A stretch of DNA of 64,000 nt from an uncultured Kiritimatiellota bacterium (lineage in GTDB: Bacteria; Verrucomicrobiota; Kiritimatiellia; RFP12; DVOR01), in the NCBI GenBank assembly GCA_944389585.1, contig CALXMW010000001.1:155435-219434 (forward strand), read 5' to 3'. Positions 26,209 to 36,961 of this stretch are shown piece after piece (the stretch's first letter is position 1; every line of letters begins with the position of its first letter). The notes below the pieces were generated by a model, which was given only the letters and a program-made list of their open reading frames with translations, had not been told where the DNA came from and did no database searches. A program made the translations under genes and the position numbers.

Positions 26209-27031
26209 GGGCGGCCTCCTGTTGCTGGTCGGACTTCATGGCGCTGGGGCCGTAGGGCGTGGCGGGGATGGCGGCCTGCCACGCGCAGATGGCGGCCAGG
26301 AGGCACGCCGCGACGGCAAGGGCCGCGAAGTCGACCCGGCGGAACCGCAACGCAAGGAGCTGGGTGGGCCGTTTGGCGTAGCCCACGCGCTTCATCTCGG
26401 CGGCCACGGAGAGATGGTCGGCCATGCGGAGTGTGCGCACCGTCAGCGGCACGACCGTCAGGCGGATGGCCTGGATGGGATGGATGAGCGCCGCTCCCAG
26501 GCTCATGGAGAAGCCACGCATGCGCACCGCGTCGCGCAACTGCCGGATGACATCGATGAACTCCGGCACGAAGCGGCAGAAGACCATCAGCGGCACCAGG
26601 GCCACGCGCGGCAAATGCAGGCTCTTCATGGCCCCCACGAAGCGCTGCACCGAGAAGTCGAGGCCGATGGCGAGGAGGACGTTGAGCGCGGGAATCATGC
26701 GCAGGAAGGGGGTGTGGAAGTTGCCCAGCATCGCGGGCTTGAGCATCGCCACGCCCTGTTCCCACGAGGTGCCGGCCGCGAACCATTCGCCGATCTTGAA
26801 GGAGAGGAGGATGACGCCGACCGTAAGGGCCATCATGGCGCAGACAGCGAGATAGGCGACAAGGATGACCTTGTAACGCCCCGAGGCAAGCACGTAGAGC
26901 AACGTCGCCGCGCCGAGCGCCAGCAGGGGCCCCGTGCCGCTCAGGTAGATGCTCACGCCGGAGACGGCCAGCGAGAGAAGCAGACGCGTGCGGATGTCCA
27001 GCGCCTCAGAGCTCACGGATAATGCCCGCAT
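26201..27031 (-). CDS. ECF transporter transmembrane T component (EcfT/CbiQ family).
   Basis: Polytopic membrane protein, 276 aa. Position between the S component and the ATPase. The 26-nt overlap with the S-component gene suggests the true start may be slightly downstream. Confidence 0.6.
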   Translation of the reverse strand: MRALSVSSEALDIRTRLLLSLAVSGVSIYLSGTGPLLALGAATLLYVLASGRYKVILVAYLAVCAMMALTVGVILLSFKIGEWFAAGTSWEQGVAMLKPAMLGNFHTPFLRMIPALNVLLAIGLDFSVQRFVGAMKSLHLPRVALVPLMVFCRFVPEFIDVIRQLRDAVRMRGFSMSLGAALIHPIQAIRLTVVPLTVRTLRMADHLSVAAEMKRVGYAKRPTQLLALRFRRVDFAALAVAACLLAAICAWQAAIPATPYGPSAMKSDQQQEAAHE

Positions 27032-27563
27032 GGCGAAGCTCCTTCACGAATTTGGCGCCGCAGGGCAACCCCACCAGGAGGCACCCCAGATAACCGAAGG
27101 CCACGATGACCGCGCCCACACCGACCATGCCGATGTTTTCGCGCGCCATCAGGAACGACATCGCCAGCCCCAGCACCCGCCCGAAGGCGTCGTAGACCGC
27201 CACGCCCAGGAGCACCGCCCACACCTTGCGGTAGCCCCCGCACAACGCGATCAGCGCGTCCGCGGCGAGCGCGCCCAGCAGGTAGAGCGGCAACGTGCTC
27301 ACCATGATCCCGCCCGTCATCAGGAACGAGACCGCCTGCGCCACCAGCGTGTAGAGCATCAGCGTGCCGAACTTCCGCACCCGCGCCACCATCACCACCA
27401 GCAGCGCCGTGGCAATGCCGTTCTTCAGCAGCAGCGTCACCGGGTTCATCCCCCCGCCCAGCAGGGCCACGAGGAGCGAGGCCGCCTTGCCCAACGCCGT
27501 GAAGAGCCCTACCACGATCAGGCTCTCGGTGTCCCAGTAGAAGCCTTTGCGGAGCGCGCCCAC
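27006..27563 (-). CDS. ECF transporter substrate-specific (S) component. Substrate unknown.
   Basis: 185-aa protein with 5–6 TM helices. Operon position between the radical SAM gene and EcfT. Confidence 0.5.
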   Translation of the reverse strand: MGALRKGFYWDTESLIVVGLFTALGKAASLLVALLGGGMNPVTLLLKNGIATALLVVMVARVRKFGTLMLYTLVAQAVSFLMTGGIMVSTLPLYLLGALAADALIALCGGYRKVWAVLLGVAVYDAFGRVLGLAMSFLMARENIGMVGVGAVIVAFGYLGCLLVGLPCGAKFVKELRHAGIIREL

Positions 27564-28874
27564 TCAACGGCCCCCCATCCCGGAAAAGACGAAGCCGGTG
27601 AGCAAGGCCGCCAGCTTGGTCTCGTAATACTCGCCCAGGCGGGTCAGGCGAAAACCGCCCTGGGGAAGGGAAACCCAGACACCGGCCTTCTCCCAGTTCT
27701 CCAGCAACGGGGAGAAGTCGGTGTCCGGGAAATCCGCAGGATTGAAGACGCCACGCTCCAGCTGATCCGTGAGCTTGGCGCGCAGGCGGTGGTTCGCGGG
27801 TTTGGTCATCGCCGTGGCAAGGGGTTTCTCGCCGGCGTCGACCATCCTGCCCCACGCTTCCAGGTCGCCCGTCTGCATGAAAGAACGGTCGCCGACAAAC
27901 CCGCCCGCGCCGCAGCCGAAGGGCACGATGTCCGCCCCCGTCTTGGCCCAATGGTTGTAGCGGTTGCGCTCCAGGGCGTTGCGCCCCCAGTGCGTGCAGG
28001 AGAGCTGGCGCCAGCCCATCGACGCGAGCCAATCGCAGGCGGCGGCGTGGCGCGCGGCGCGCTCGGCCTCGCACCACCCTTCCTTTTCCATGCGCTTGGC
28101 AAGCGGCAGCCCGGGGAAGACCTTGAGCGAATAGAGGTCCACGCCGTCGAGCGCGGAGTCATGGACGGTCTTGACGTTCTCTTCCATCCACTGCTCCTGC
28201 GTCTGCCCGGGCAGACCGTAGATGAGGTCGGCCACCAACGCGATGCGATCGCCGCACATCCCCTTGATCTCGCCCAGACGGGTCAGGAGCTCCTCGCGGC
28301 TGTTGCGGCGCCCGAGGCTCCGCCGCAGTTCCGTCTGAAAACTCTGGATGCCGAAGGAAAAGCGCGTCGCGCCGGACTCCAGACACGCCCGCACCCGCTC
28401 GTCGTCAAACGCGAAGAGACGGCCTTCGACGGTGAACTCCACGTCCGGCGCGACGTTGAAATGACGATAAACCGCCCCGATGACGCGGCGGAGTTGGTCG
28501 GCGGAGAGCGCCGTCGGCGTGCCGCCGCCGAAATAGACCACGTCCACCGGCTTCTTGGTGAAGACGCCCCGCCCGGCCTCGCGCTCGATCTCCTTGAGGA
28601 GGCGCCGCGTGTAGGCCTCCAACGCCGCGTCGTCCGTGCGGTGCGCATAGAACCCGCAGAAGGCGCAGCGGCTGATGCAGAAGGGCACGTGGACGTAGAG
28701 GATGAGCGGCTGGCCCTCGGTCGGCGCGGCCTCCGCCCAGGCGCGCTGGAGCCCCTCAGGCGGGGTGGGCCGGCTCAGCAGCGACAGCATGTCCCCATGC
28801 GGGGCGGCGCGCTTCTCGGACAATCGCCTCAACAGCTCCGAGCGGTCTTCGGGAAGCAGGAAAAGGTCGTTCAT
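27564..28874 (-). CDS. HemN/HemW/HutW-family radical SAM protein (coproporphyrinogen III oxidase-like).
   Basis: 'LILYVHVPFCISRCAFCGF' CxxxCxxC cluster motif with the flanking HemN-family context 'VVYFGGGTPTAL'. 436 aa. Confidence 0.75.
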   Translation of the reverse strand: MNDLFLLPEDRSELLRRLSEKRAAPHGDMLSLLSRPTPPEGLQRAWAEAAPTEGQPLILYVHVPFCISRCAFCGFYAHRTDDAALEAYTRRLLKEIEREAGRGVFTKKPVDVVYFGGGTPTALSADQLRRVIGAVYRHFNVAPDVEFTVEGRLFAFDDERVRACLESGATRFSFGIQSFQTELRRSLGRRNSREELLTRLGEIKGMCGDRIALVADLIYGLPGQTQEQWMEENVKTVHDSALDGVDLYSLKVFPGLPLAKRMEKEGWCEAERAARHAAACDWLASMGWRQLSCTHWGRNALERNRYNHWAKTGADIVPFGCGAGGFVGDRSFMQTGDLEAWGRMVDAGEKPLATAMTKPANHRLRAKLTDQLERGVFNPADFPDTDFSPLLENWEKAGVWVSLPQGGFRLTRLGEYYETKLAALLTGFVFSGMGGR

Positions 28875-29102
28875 GACTTCGTGAAATCCTTAGCAATGCC
28901 AAATAACGTGCCCTATGATACGCCTTCCTCTTTCGCTTGTCAATCAAATTATTATTTCCCGCTAATAGATAATATATCCACTAAACATAAGCTGTTTTTC
29001 GTTTACCTCCGAAATGTCCGATAAAAAATAAATAAGTTTTGGCAAACATTTTGCGGATTATATGCTATGATTTGCCCGCAATCGGACAAGAAAGGGCAAG
29101 CG
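28875..29102. promoter_or_regulatory. AT-rich divergent control region between the radical-SAM/ECF operon (minus) and the ABC exporter (plus). Possible metalloregulator (Fur-like) site.
   Basis: Local GC drops sharply: 'ttgtcaatcaaattattatttcccgctaatagataatatatccactaaacataagctgtttttcg…aaaaaataaataagttttggcaaacattttgcggattatatgctatgatttgccc'. GATAAT hexamers and TATGAT/TATATG -10-like boxes. Confidence 0.45.
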
Positions 29103-30839
<1,737 letters not shown>

Positions 30840-30848
30840 GTGCGGGGC

Positions 30849-32084
30849 TCAGGCGTCAAGCCAAGCGGCGAGGGCGCGGGCAAGGGCGGGGGTGTCTTGG
30901 ACGGGGGGCAGGTCAAGGTCTGTGGCGAGGGCGACGGGGACGTCGGCGCGGCCGTGGGTGCCGCGGACGCGCGTAACGTCGGCGGAACAGTGGAAGGGAT
31001 TCGCGCCGAAGAAGAGTTCGCAGGGGTCGAAGCCGGGCTTGTTGTGGATGTCGACGTGGGTGGCGTAGTCGGGGGCCTCGCGGGGGTCATCCCACCACGG
31101 CCAGGCGAACCAACAGCCGTGCTTGGCGAGGAGCTCAAGGTCGGCGCCGGCGACGCCTTCGCGGACGGCCTCGACCTCGGGGAGGGCGGCGAGGACGCGG
31201 CGGGCCTCTTCTTTGGCGGCGGGGTCGGCGCAGTAGACGGGGGCCACCTGGTGGTCGCAGAGGGCGAGGGCGCGGGTTTGGTAGAGATCCGGGTAGCGCA
31301 TGGCGCGGACGGGGCGGGTGGCGAAGAGCCCGGCGCGGCGGAGGGCGCGGTTGGGGAAGGCGACGGTACCGGTGACGTCGGTGATGGCGTAGTCGCCGAG
31401 GATGAGGAGGGCGTAGCCTTGGGCGCGGGCGGCGGCGGCGACGAGGTCGATCTGGGCGAGGGCCTCGCGGAGGGAGGCCTCGACCTTGGGGTGGCGGGTG
31501 CCGAAGCGCTGAAGCTGGTAGTCGAGGGTGGGCAGGTAGGCGAGGACGAGCTCGGGGGCGTCGCCGCGGGCGAGGCGCTCGGCGAGGGCGCGGGCGATAC
31601 CGCGGCCGACCTTGGGGTGCGCGAGGGGGCCCCAGTAGCGCCAGAGCCTGACGGGGTTGTCGCGGCCGAGGACGCGGGGGGGCTGTTGGTAGGTGGCCAT
31701 GATCATGCCGCCGCCGTGGGTGTGGATGGGGGCGGGGGAGGCCAGCTCGTCGGCGGCCTCGCCGAGGGATTGCTGGAAGAAGTAGAGGCCCACGCGGCCG
31801 CCTTTGGCGCGGAAGGCGTCCCAGATGCGGGGGCCGCGGACAAGGCGGGCGGATTGGCACCAGAACTGGGTCTGGAAGGTGTCGCGCAGGTAGAGGCCGT
31901 TGGCGGGGACGCCGTGGCCCTCGGGGCCGAGGCCGGTGCGGAGCGTGGCCTGGGCGACGCAGGTGACGGCGGGGAAGGCGGGGGCGAGGGGGCGGACGGG
32001 GAGGCCGACGAGGCGCCCGACCCCGGCGCGGCGAAGCAGATCCGCGCCCAGGGCGGCGACGGAGAGGACGAGGAGCTTGCGCAT
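30849..32084 (-). CDS. Alkaline-phosphatase-superfamily phosphodiesterase / nucleotide pyrophosphatase-like enzyme.
   Basis: Start at 'MRKLLVLSVAALGADLL'. 'LILGDYAITDVTGTVAFPN' and 'YATHVDIHNKPGFDPCELFF' resemble the type I phosphodiesterase/NPP fold. The upstream 275 codons of the ORF are Pro/Arg-rich and spurious. Confidence 0.5.
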   Translation of the reverse strand: MRKLLVLSVAALGADLLRRAGVGRLVGLPVRPLAPAFPAVTCVAQATLRTGLGPEGHGVPANGLYLRDTFQTQFWCQSARLVRGPRIWDAFRAKGGRVGLYFFQQSLGEAADELASPAPIHTHGGGMIMATYQQPPRVLGRDNPVRLWRYWGPLAHPKVGRGIARALAERLARGDAPELVLAYLPTLDYQLQRFGTRHPKVEASLREALAQIDLVAAAARAQGYALLILGDYAITDVTGTVAFPNRALRRAGLFATRPVRAMRYPDLYQTRALALCDHQVAPVYCADPAAKEEARRVLAALPEVEAVREGVAGADLELLAKHGCWFAWPWWDDPREAPDYATHVDIHNKPGFDPCELFFGANPFHCSADVTRVRGTHGRADVPVALATDLDLPPVQDTPALARALAAWLDA

Positions 32085-32086
32085 GG

Positions 32087-32530
32087 TCAGTCGGCGGGGG
32101 GGAGGTCGTCGTCGGAGGGTTTGCCGTCGGGGCCGAGGGAGCGGACGGCATAGGCGCCGGTCTTGGGGTCGACGGCGTATTGGAAGGGGCGATCCCAGCC
32201 GTCGCGCAGGAGCTCGCGGCCCAGGAGGTCGGCCTCGACGAGGGTCTCGAGGGTGGGCGGGGGGGCGCCGGCGTTGAGGAGGGTGTAGTGTTGGACGGCC
32301 TGGGTGAGAAGGCCGAGACGGCCGCCGGTGATCTTGGCGGCGACGGCGTCGGCCTGGGCGGGGGCGGCGGGGACGTTGAAGGGGCCGGTGGCGTCGTCGG
32401 TGCGCAGGGCGTCGCCGGGGAGGCGGGTCTCGCGGCCGAGGTTGCCCCAGAGGAAGCCGATGGCCACGCCGACGAGCGCGGCGGCGACCATGAGGGCGGA
32501 GACGCGGGAGGCCTTGGCGGGGGTGTCCAT
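32087..32530 (-). CDS. GspG-like pseudopilin C-domain protein that lacks a prepilin cleavage motif (single N-terminal TM).
   Basis: Start 'MDTPAKASRVSALMVAAALVGVAIGFLWGN'. C-terminal 'SLGPDGKPSDDDLPPAD' resembles the GspG 'LGxDGxxGGEGxxADI' calcium-binding tail. 147 aa. Ends 2 nt from the start of the downstream phosphodiesterase gene. Confidence 0.4.
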   Translation of the reverse strand: MDTPAKASRVSALMVAAALVGVAIGFLWGNLGRETRLPGDALRTDDATGPFNVPAAPAQADAVAAKITGGRLGLLTQAVQHYTLLNAGAPPPTLETLVEADLLGRELLRDGWDRPFQYAVDPKTGAYAVRSLGPDGKPSDDDLPPAD

Positions 32531-32538
32531 CGGGCGCC

Positions 32539-34224
32539 TCAGGGGACGGGGAAGCGGGCGGCGAGGGCCTTGACCTCGCCTTTGATGCGGCCGGCGAGGG
32601 CGGCGTCCTCGGGGGCGCGGAGGATCTGGGCCATCCAGTCGGCGATCTGGCGCATTTCGTCCGGCCCCATGCCTCGGGTGGCGACGGCGGCGGTGCCGAC
32701 GCGGATGCCGGAGGTGACGAAGGGGGTCTCGGTGTCGTAGGGGATGGTGTTTTTGTTGCAAACGATGCCGGCGGCGTCGAGGGCGGCGGCGGCGAGCTTG
32801 CCGGTGATGCCGGCGGCCTTGACGTCGACGAGGAAGAGGTGGTTGTCGGTGCCGCCGGAGACGAGTCGGAAGCCGTGGCCGGCGAGTGCGGCGGCGAGGG
32901 CCTGGGCGTCATCGACGATGCGTTGGGCGTAGGCGTGGGCGTCGCGGCGGAGCCATTCGCCGAAGCAGACGGCCTTGGCGGCGATGACGTTTTCGAGGGG
33001 GCCGCCTTGGAGGCCGGGGAAGACGCTGCGGTTGATGTCTTTGATGTAGCGCTCTTTGCAGAGGATGAGGCCGCCGCGGGGGCCGCGGAGGGTCTTGTGG
33101 GTGGTGGAGGTGACGAAGTCGGCGTAGGGGACGGGGCTGGGGTGGACGCCGCCGGCGACGAGGCCGGCGATGTGGGCCATGTCGACCATGAGGTAGGCGC
33201 CGGCCTTGTCGGCGATGGCGCGGAAGCGGGCGAAGTCGATGGCGCGGGGATAGGCGGAGGCGCCGGCGAGGATGAGGCGGGGCTTGCGCTCGAGGGCGAG
33301 GCGTTCGATGGCGTCGTAGTCGAGGCGCTCGGTCTCCTTGTCGAGGGTGTAGGGGATGATGTCGTAGAGCCTGCCGGAGAAGTTGGCGGGGGAGCCGTGG
33401 CTGAGGTGGCCGCCTTGGTCGAGGCTCATGGAGAGGATGGCGTCTCCGGGCTTGAGGAAGGCGTTGTAGACGGCCATGTTGGCGGCGCTGCCGCAGTGGG
33501 GCTGGACGTTGGCGGCCTCGGCGCCGAAGAGCCGCTTGACGCGCTCGATGGCGAGGGTCTCGACGGCGTCGACGGGGAGGCAGCCGTTGTAGAAGCGTTT
33601 GCCGGGGTAGCCTTCGGCATATTTGTTGGTGAGGACGGAGCCTTGGGCCTCGCGGACGGCGGGGGAGGTGTAGTTCTCGGAGGCGATGAGGTTGATCGTC
33701 TCGTCTTCCTGGCGGATCTGGGCGACGACGGCGGCGTGGACCTCGGGGTCGGCCCAGGCGAGGAGGGAGGCCTCGGCCAGGCGGCCGGCGCGGTCGCATT
33801 TGGCCAGGCGGCGGACGTGGCGCTCGGCGCAGGAGAAGGGGGTGTCGAGCCAGAGGGCGAGGGCGCGGAGGGCCTCTTCCTCGCCGAGGGCGCGGGCGGA
33901 GAGGATGACGACGTTGGCGTCGTTGTGCTCGCGGGAGAGCTTGGCGACGGCCTCGTCGGTGACGATGGCGGCGCGGACGCCGGAAAAGCGGTTGGCGACG
34001 ACGCTCATGCCGATGCCGGTGGTGCAGAGCAGGACGCCGCGCTGGGCGCGGCCTTCGACGAGGGCCTCGCAGACGGGGACGGCGAAGTCGGGGTAGTCGT
34101 CGGCGGCGGCCGCGTCGAAGGAACCCATGTCCTCGACCGCGTGGCCGCGGGCCTTGAGGAAGTCGACAATCTTGGCCTTCAAGGCCACCCCGGCGTGGTC
34201 GCACCCAATCGCAATCGTGCTCAT
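32539..34224 (-). CDS. glyA: Bifunctional fusion: ribose-5-phosphate isomerase B (RpiB/LacAB family) N-terminal domain joined to serine hydroxymethyltransferase (GlyA).
   Basis: N-terminus '[20 protein letters not shown]…[18 protein letters not shown]…REHNDANVV' is RpiB. It continues without a stop into '[39 protein letters not shown]…[15 protein letters not shown]', which is SHMT. AAGGAG RBS upstream. Confidence 0.8.
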   Translation of the reverse strand: MSTIAIGCDHAGVALKAKIVDFLKARGHAVEDMGSFDAAAADDYPDFAVPVCEALVEGRAQRGVLLCTTGIGMSVVANRFSGVRAAIVTDEAVAKLSREHNDANVVILSARALGEEEALRALALWLDTPFSCAERHVRRLAKCDRAGRLAEASLLAWADPEVHAAVVAQIRQEDETINLIASENYTSPAVREAQGSVLTNKYAEGYPGKRFYNGCLPVDAVETLAIERVKRLFGAEAANVQPHCGSAANMAVYNAFLKPGDAILSMSLDQGGHLSHGSPANFSGRLYDIIPYTLDKETERLDYDAIERLALERKPRLILAGASAYPRAIDFARFRAIADKAGAYLMVDMAHIAGLVAGGVHPSPVPYADFVTSTTHKTLRGPRGGLILCKERYIKDINRSVFPGLQGGPLENVIAAKAVCFGEWLRRDAHAYAQRIVDDAQALAAALAGHGFRLVSGGTDNHLFLVDVKAAGITGKLAAAALDAAGIVCNKNTIPYDTETPFVTSGIRVGTAAVATRGMGPDEMRQIADWMAQILRAPEDAALAGRIKGEVKALAARFPVP

Positions 34225-34291
34225 TCCAAACTCCTTGCTAAACGGATGCGCATAGCATAGCACATCCGCGCGCGTTTTGCTGCGCGGGCGT

Positions 34292-35176
34292 TCAGCGTTT
34301 GCCGAGGGAGAAGAGCTTGAGGGCGGCGCGGAAGTCCGCCGGGAGGGGGGCGTGGGCGCGGATGTGCGCGCCGGGGGTGAGGGGGTTGGGGAGCTCGAGC
34401 TCCTGGGCGTGGAGCATCTGGCGGGTGACGGAGAGGAGGCGCGGGTCGTCGGTGCGCTTGAGGCCGTATTGGCGGTCGCCGACGACGGGGTGGCGGATGC
34501 CGGCGAGGTGGCGGCGGATCTGGTGGGTGCGGCCGGTCTCGATGCGCACGGCCAGGAAGGTGGCGTCGGGGGTGGCGCGGAGGCGCTTGAGGTGGGTGAC
34601 GGCGCGCTCGCCGTCGAGCGTCTCGGTGAGGGTGCTCATCTCGCGCTCGAAGCGCCCGGCGACGATGGCGGCGTAGTGCTTGACCACGCGGTGGGTGCGG
34701 AAGAGGGCGATGGCGGCCTCGAGGGCCTGGGCGTCCTTGGCGAAGAGGAGCACGCCGCTGGTCTCCCTGTCCAGGCGGTGGACGGCGGCGATGGCGGGGT
34801 TGCCTTCCTGGCGGCGGAGGAGCTCCTCGGCGGAGGCGCGGCCCTGGGTGAGGAGGCCGGCGGGCTTGTCGACGGCCAGGTAATGCGCGTCCTGCCAAAG
34901 GACGCGGATGTGGGGGGCGCGCTCGCCTTCCTTGCTTTGCTTGGCGCCGGTGCCGGGCTTGACGACGAAGGCGACCTTGTCGCCGGGCTTCAGCGCGTGG
35001 CGGGCAATCCAGACGAGTTTGCGGTTGACCCAGACGACGCGCGCGTCGAGCATCGCCTTGGCGGCGCGTTTGGTGGTGCGCAGGCGCGCGGCGAGGAAGT
35101 CTTGGAGGGTGAGGCCCTCCTCGTCGCGCGTGACGACGGCGATTTTGGGCTTGGCAGGGGCGCGGTCTGGGGTCAT
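34292..35176 (-). CDS. RluA-family pseudouridine synthase with an S4-like N-terminal domain.
   Basis: Start at '[15 protein letters not shown]'. '[16 protein letters not shown]' catalytic motif. Start coordinate ±1–2 nt. The upstream part of the 411-aa ORF overlaps the aminotransferase and is spurious. Confidence 0.7.
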   Translation of the reverse strand: MTPDRAPAKPKIAVVTRDEEGLTLQDFLAARLRTTKRAAKAMLDARVVWVNRKLVWIARHALKPGDKVAFVVKPGTGAKQSKEGERAPHIRVLWQDAHYLAVDKPAGLLTQGRASAEELLRRQEGNPAIAAVHRLDRETSGVLLFAKDAQALEAAIALFRTHRVVKHYAAIVAGRFEREMSTLTETLDGERAVTHLKRLRATPDATFLAVRIETGRTHQIRRHLAGIRHPVVGDRQYGLKRTDDPRLLSVTRQMLHAQELELPNPLTPGAHIRAHAPLPADFRAALKLFSLGKR

Positions 35177-35186
35177 GGCGGCGGGC

Positions 35187-36356
35187 TCAGAGGGTCTTGA
35201 CGAAGCGGGCGATGCGGGCGGCGGCCTCCTTGAGCTGGTCGATGCCGGTGGCGTAGGAGCAGCGGACGAAGCCCTCGCCGCAGGCGCCGAAGGCCGAGCC
35301 GGGGACGACGGCCACGTTCTCGGCGTCGAGCAGGCGCACGGCGAAGTCGCGCGAGGAGAGGCCGAACTTGGCCACCTGCGGGAAGGCATAGAAGGCGCCG
35401 GCGGGGGTGTGCATGGGGATGCCGGCCTCGGCGAAGGCGGCGCTGAGGTAGTTGCGGCGCATCTCGTAGGCGCGGAGCATGGGGGCCATGTCCTCGGCGG
35501 GCTGGCGCATGGCCTCGAGCGCGGCATATTGCGAGGGGGTGGGCGCGCACATGATTTGGTACTGGTGGATTTTGAGGATGGTGTCCATCATCCACGCGGG
35601 GGCGCAGACCCAGGCCATGCGGAAGCCAGTCATCGCCCAGGCCTTCGAGTAGCCGTTGAGGAGGACGAGGCGTTCCTTGAGCCCGGGCACGGCGGCGAAG
35701 GAGGTGTGGCGCTTGCCGCCCCAGGTGAGCTCGGCGTAAATCTCGTCGGAGATCAGGATCAGGTCGTGGCGCACCGCGAAGTCGGCGATGGCGCGGACGT
35801 CCTCGGGGCCGAGGATGGCGCCGGTGGGGTTGTTGGGGAAGTTGACGAGCAGGGCGCGGGTGCGGGGGGTGACCTTGGCCTCGAGGGCGGCGATGGAGAG
35901 GCGGAAGTTGTCCTCCACCCGCGTCTCGACGGGGACGGGGACGCCGTGGGCCATGGCGATCTCGGGGCCGTAGCTGACGAAGCAGGGCTCGTGGAAGAGG
36001 ACCTCGTCGCCGGGGTTGAGGAGGGCGCGCAGGGCCAGGTCGAGGCCCTCGGAGGCGCCGACGGTGACGAGCACCTCGTGCGCGGGGTCGTAGTCGCCGC
36101 CGAAGCGGTCGCGGACGTAGTCGGCGATGGCGCGGCGCAGCTCGGGGAGCCCGGCGTTGCCGGTGTAGTGGCTTTTGCCCTGCTCGAGCGAGGCGATGGC
36201 GGCCTCGCGGATGTGCCAGGGGGTGTCGAAGTCCGGCTCGCCGATGGCCAGGGAGATGACGCCGCGGCGGGTGCTGACGATGTCGAAGAACTCGCGGATG
36301 CCGCTCTTGGGCAGGCCCACGATGTGCCGGGCCAGGCGTTCGGGGCCCAGGCTCAC
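35187..36356 (-). CDS. Pyridoxal-phosphate-dependent class I/II aminotransferase (aspartate/aromatic aminotransferase-like).
   Basis: 'GEPDFDTPWHIREAAIASLEQGKSHYTGNAG' and 'NGYSKAWAMTGFRMAW' (PLP lysine motif). GTG start. Confidence 0.8.
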   Translation of the reverse strand: MSLGPERLARHIVGLPKSGIREFFDIVSTRRGVISLAIGEPDFDTPWHIREAAIASLEQGKSHYTGNAGLPELRRAIADYVRDRFGGDYDPAHEVLVTVGASEGLDLALRALLNPGDEVLFHEPCFVSYGPEIAMAHGVPVPVETRVEDNFRLSIAALEAKVTPRTRALLVNFPNNPTGAILGPEDVRAIADFAVRHDLILISDEIYAELTWGGKRHTSFAAVPGLKERLVLLNGYSKAWAMTGFRMAWVCAPAWMMDTILKIHQYQIMCAPTPSQYAALEAMRQPAEDMAPMLRAYEMRRNYLSAAFAEAGIPMHTPAGAFYAFPQVAKFGLSSRDFAVRLLDAENVAVVPGSAFGACGEGFVRCSYATGIDQLKEAAARIARFVKTL

Positions 36357-36874
36357 GGCGTCACCGCCAGTCGGCCGTCGTCGCCGGGTTTGGCCATCAG
36401 CACGCCGCTCTGCTTGTAGGTCTTGAGCTTGAAGTGGGTGGCGGTGGAGAGGACGCCGTGGATGGTGGCCAGCTTCTCGCTCACGAAGCGCGCCACGGAA
36501 AGCAGGCTCTCGCCGCCGACGAAGAGCAGCAGGTCGTAGCCGCCGCTCATCAGGTACGCCGCGTCCACCTCCTCGAAGCGGCTGACCTGCTCGGCGATGC
36601 GGTCGAACCCGCCCTCGCGCTCGGGTGTCACGCGCACCTCGATGACGGCGGTGACGTGGCCCTTGGGCAGCAGGTCGTCGTTCACGATGGCCTGCCAGCC
36701 GCGGATGACGCCCTCGCGCTCCAGGCGCGCGATCTCCGCGGAGACGGCCTCGGGCGCCACGCCGAGCATCTTGGCCATCGTCTCGGGCGATTCCTTCGCG
36801 TTGTTGCGCAGGATCTCAAGCAAACTCTCTACCACCGCGGCCTCCGTCAAAAAAAGGATTGCGGGGGGCCCCAC
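36353..36874 (-). CDS. Lrp/AsnC-family transcriptional regulator.
   Basis: HTH 'ESPETMAKMLGVAPEAVSAEIARLEREGVI' followed by a RAM/ACT-like domain. About 160–173 aa; start uncertain. Confidence 0.7.
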   Translation of the reverse strand: MGPPAILFLTEAAVVESLLEILRNNAKESPETMAKMLGVAPEAVSAEIARLEREGVIRGWQAIVNDDLLPKGHVTAVIEVRVTPEREGGFDRIAEQVSRFEEVDAAYLMSGGYDLLLFVGGESLLSVARFVSEKLATIHGVLSTATHFKLKTYKQSGVLMAKPGDDGRLAVTP

Positions 36875-36887
36875 AATCCATCCAAAT

Positions 36888-36961
36888 TGGTTGCCTCACA
36901 AGGATTCGAACCTTGACAAACTGATCCAGAGTCAGTTGTGCTACCGTTACACCATGAGGCA
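36888..36961 (-). tRNA. tRNA-Gln (anticodon CTG), CCA encoded.
   Basis: Minus-strand sequence TGCCTCATGGTGTAACGGTAGCACAACTGACTCTGGATCAGTTTGTCAAGGTTCGAATCCTTGTGAGGCAACCA. Cloverleaf with 7-nt anticodon loop cuCUGga. Confidence 0.85.

Noticed and set aside
35170-35190. Apparent one-base frame inconsistency between my position count of the printed sequence and the ORF track (also near 59770).
   Set aside because: Most likely a counting or transcription slip on my side rather than a biological frameshift. Both flanking ORF ends agree with the track, so no pseudogene is called. Affected start coordinates are given as approximate.
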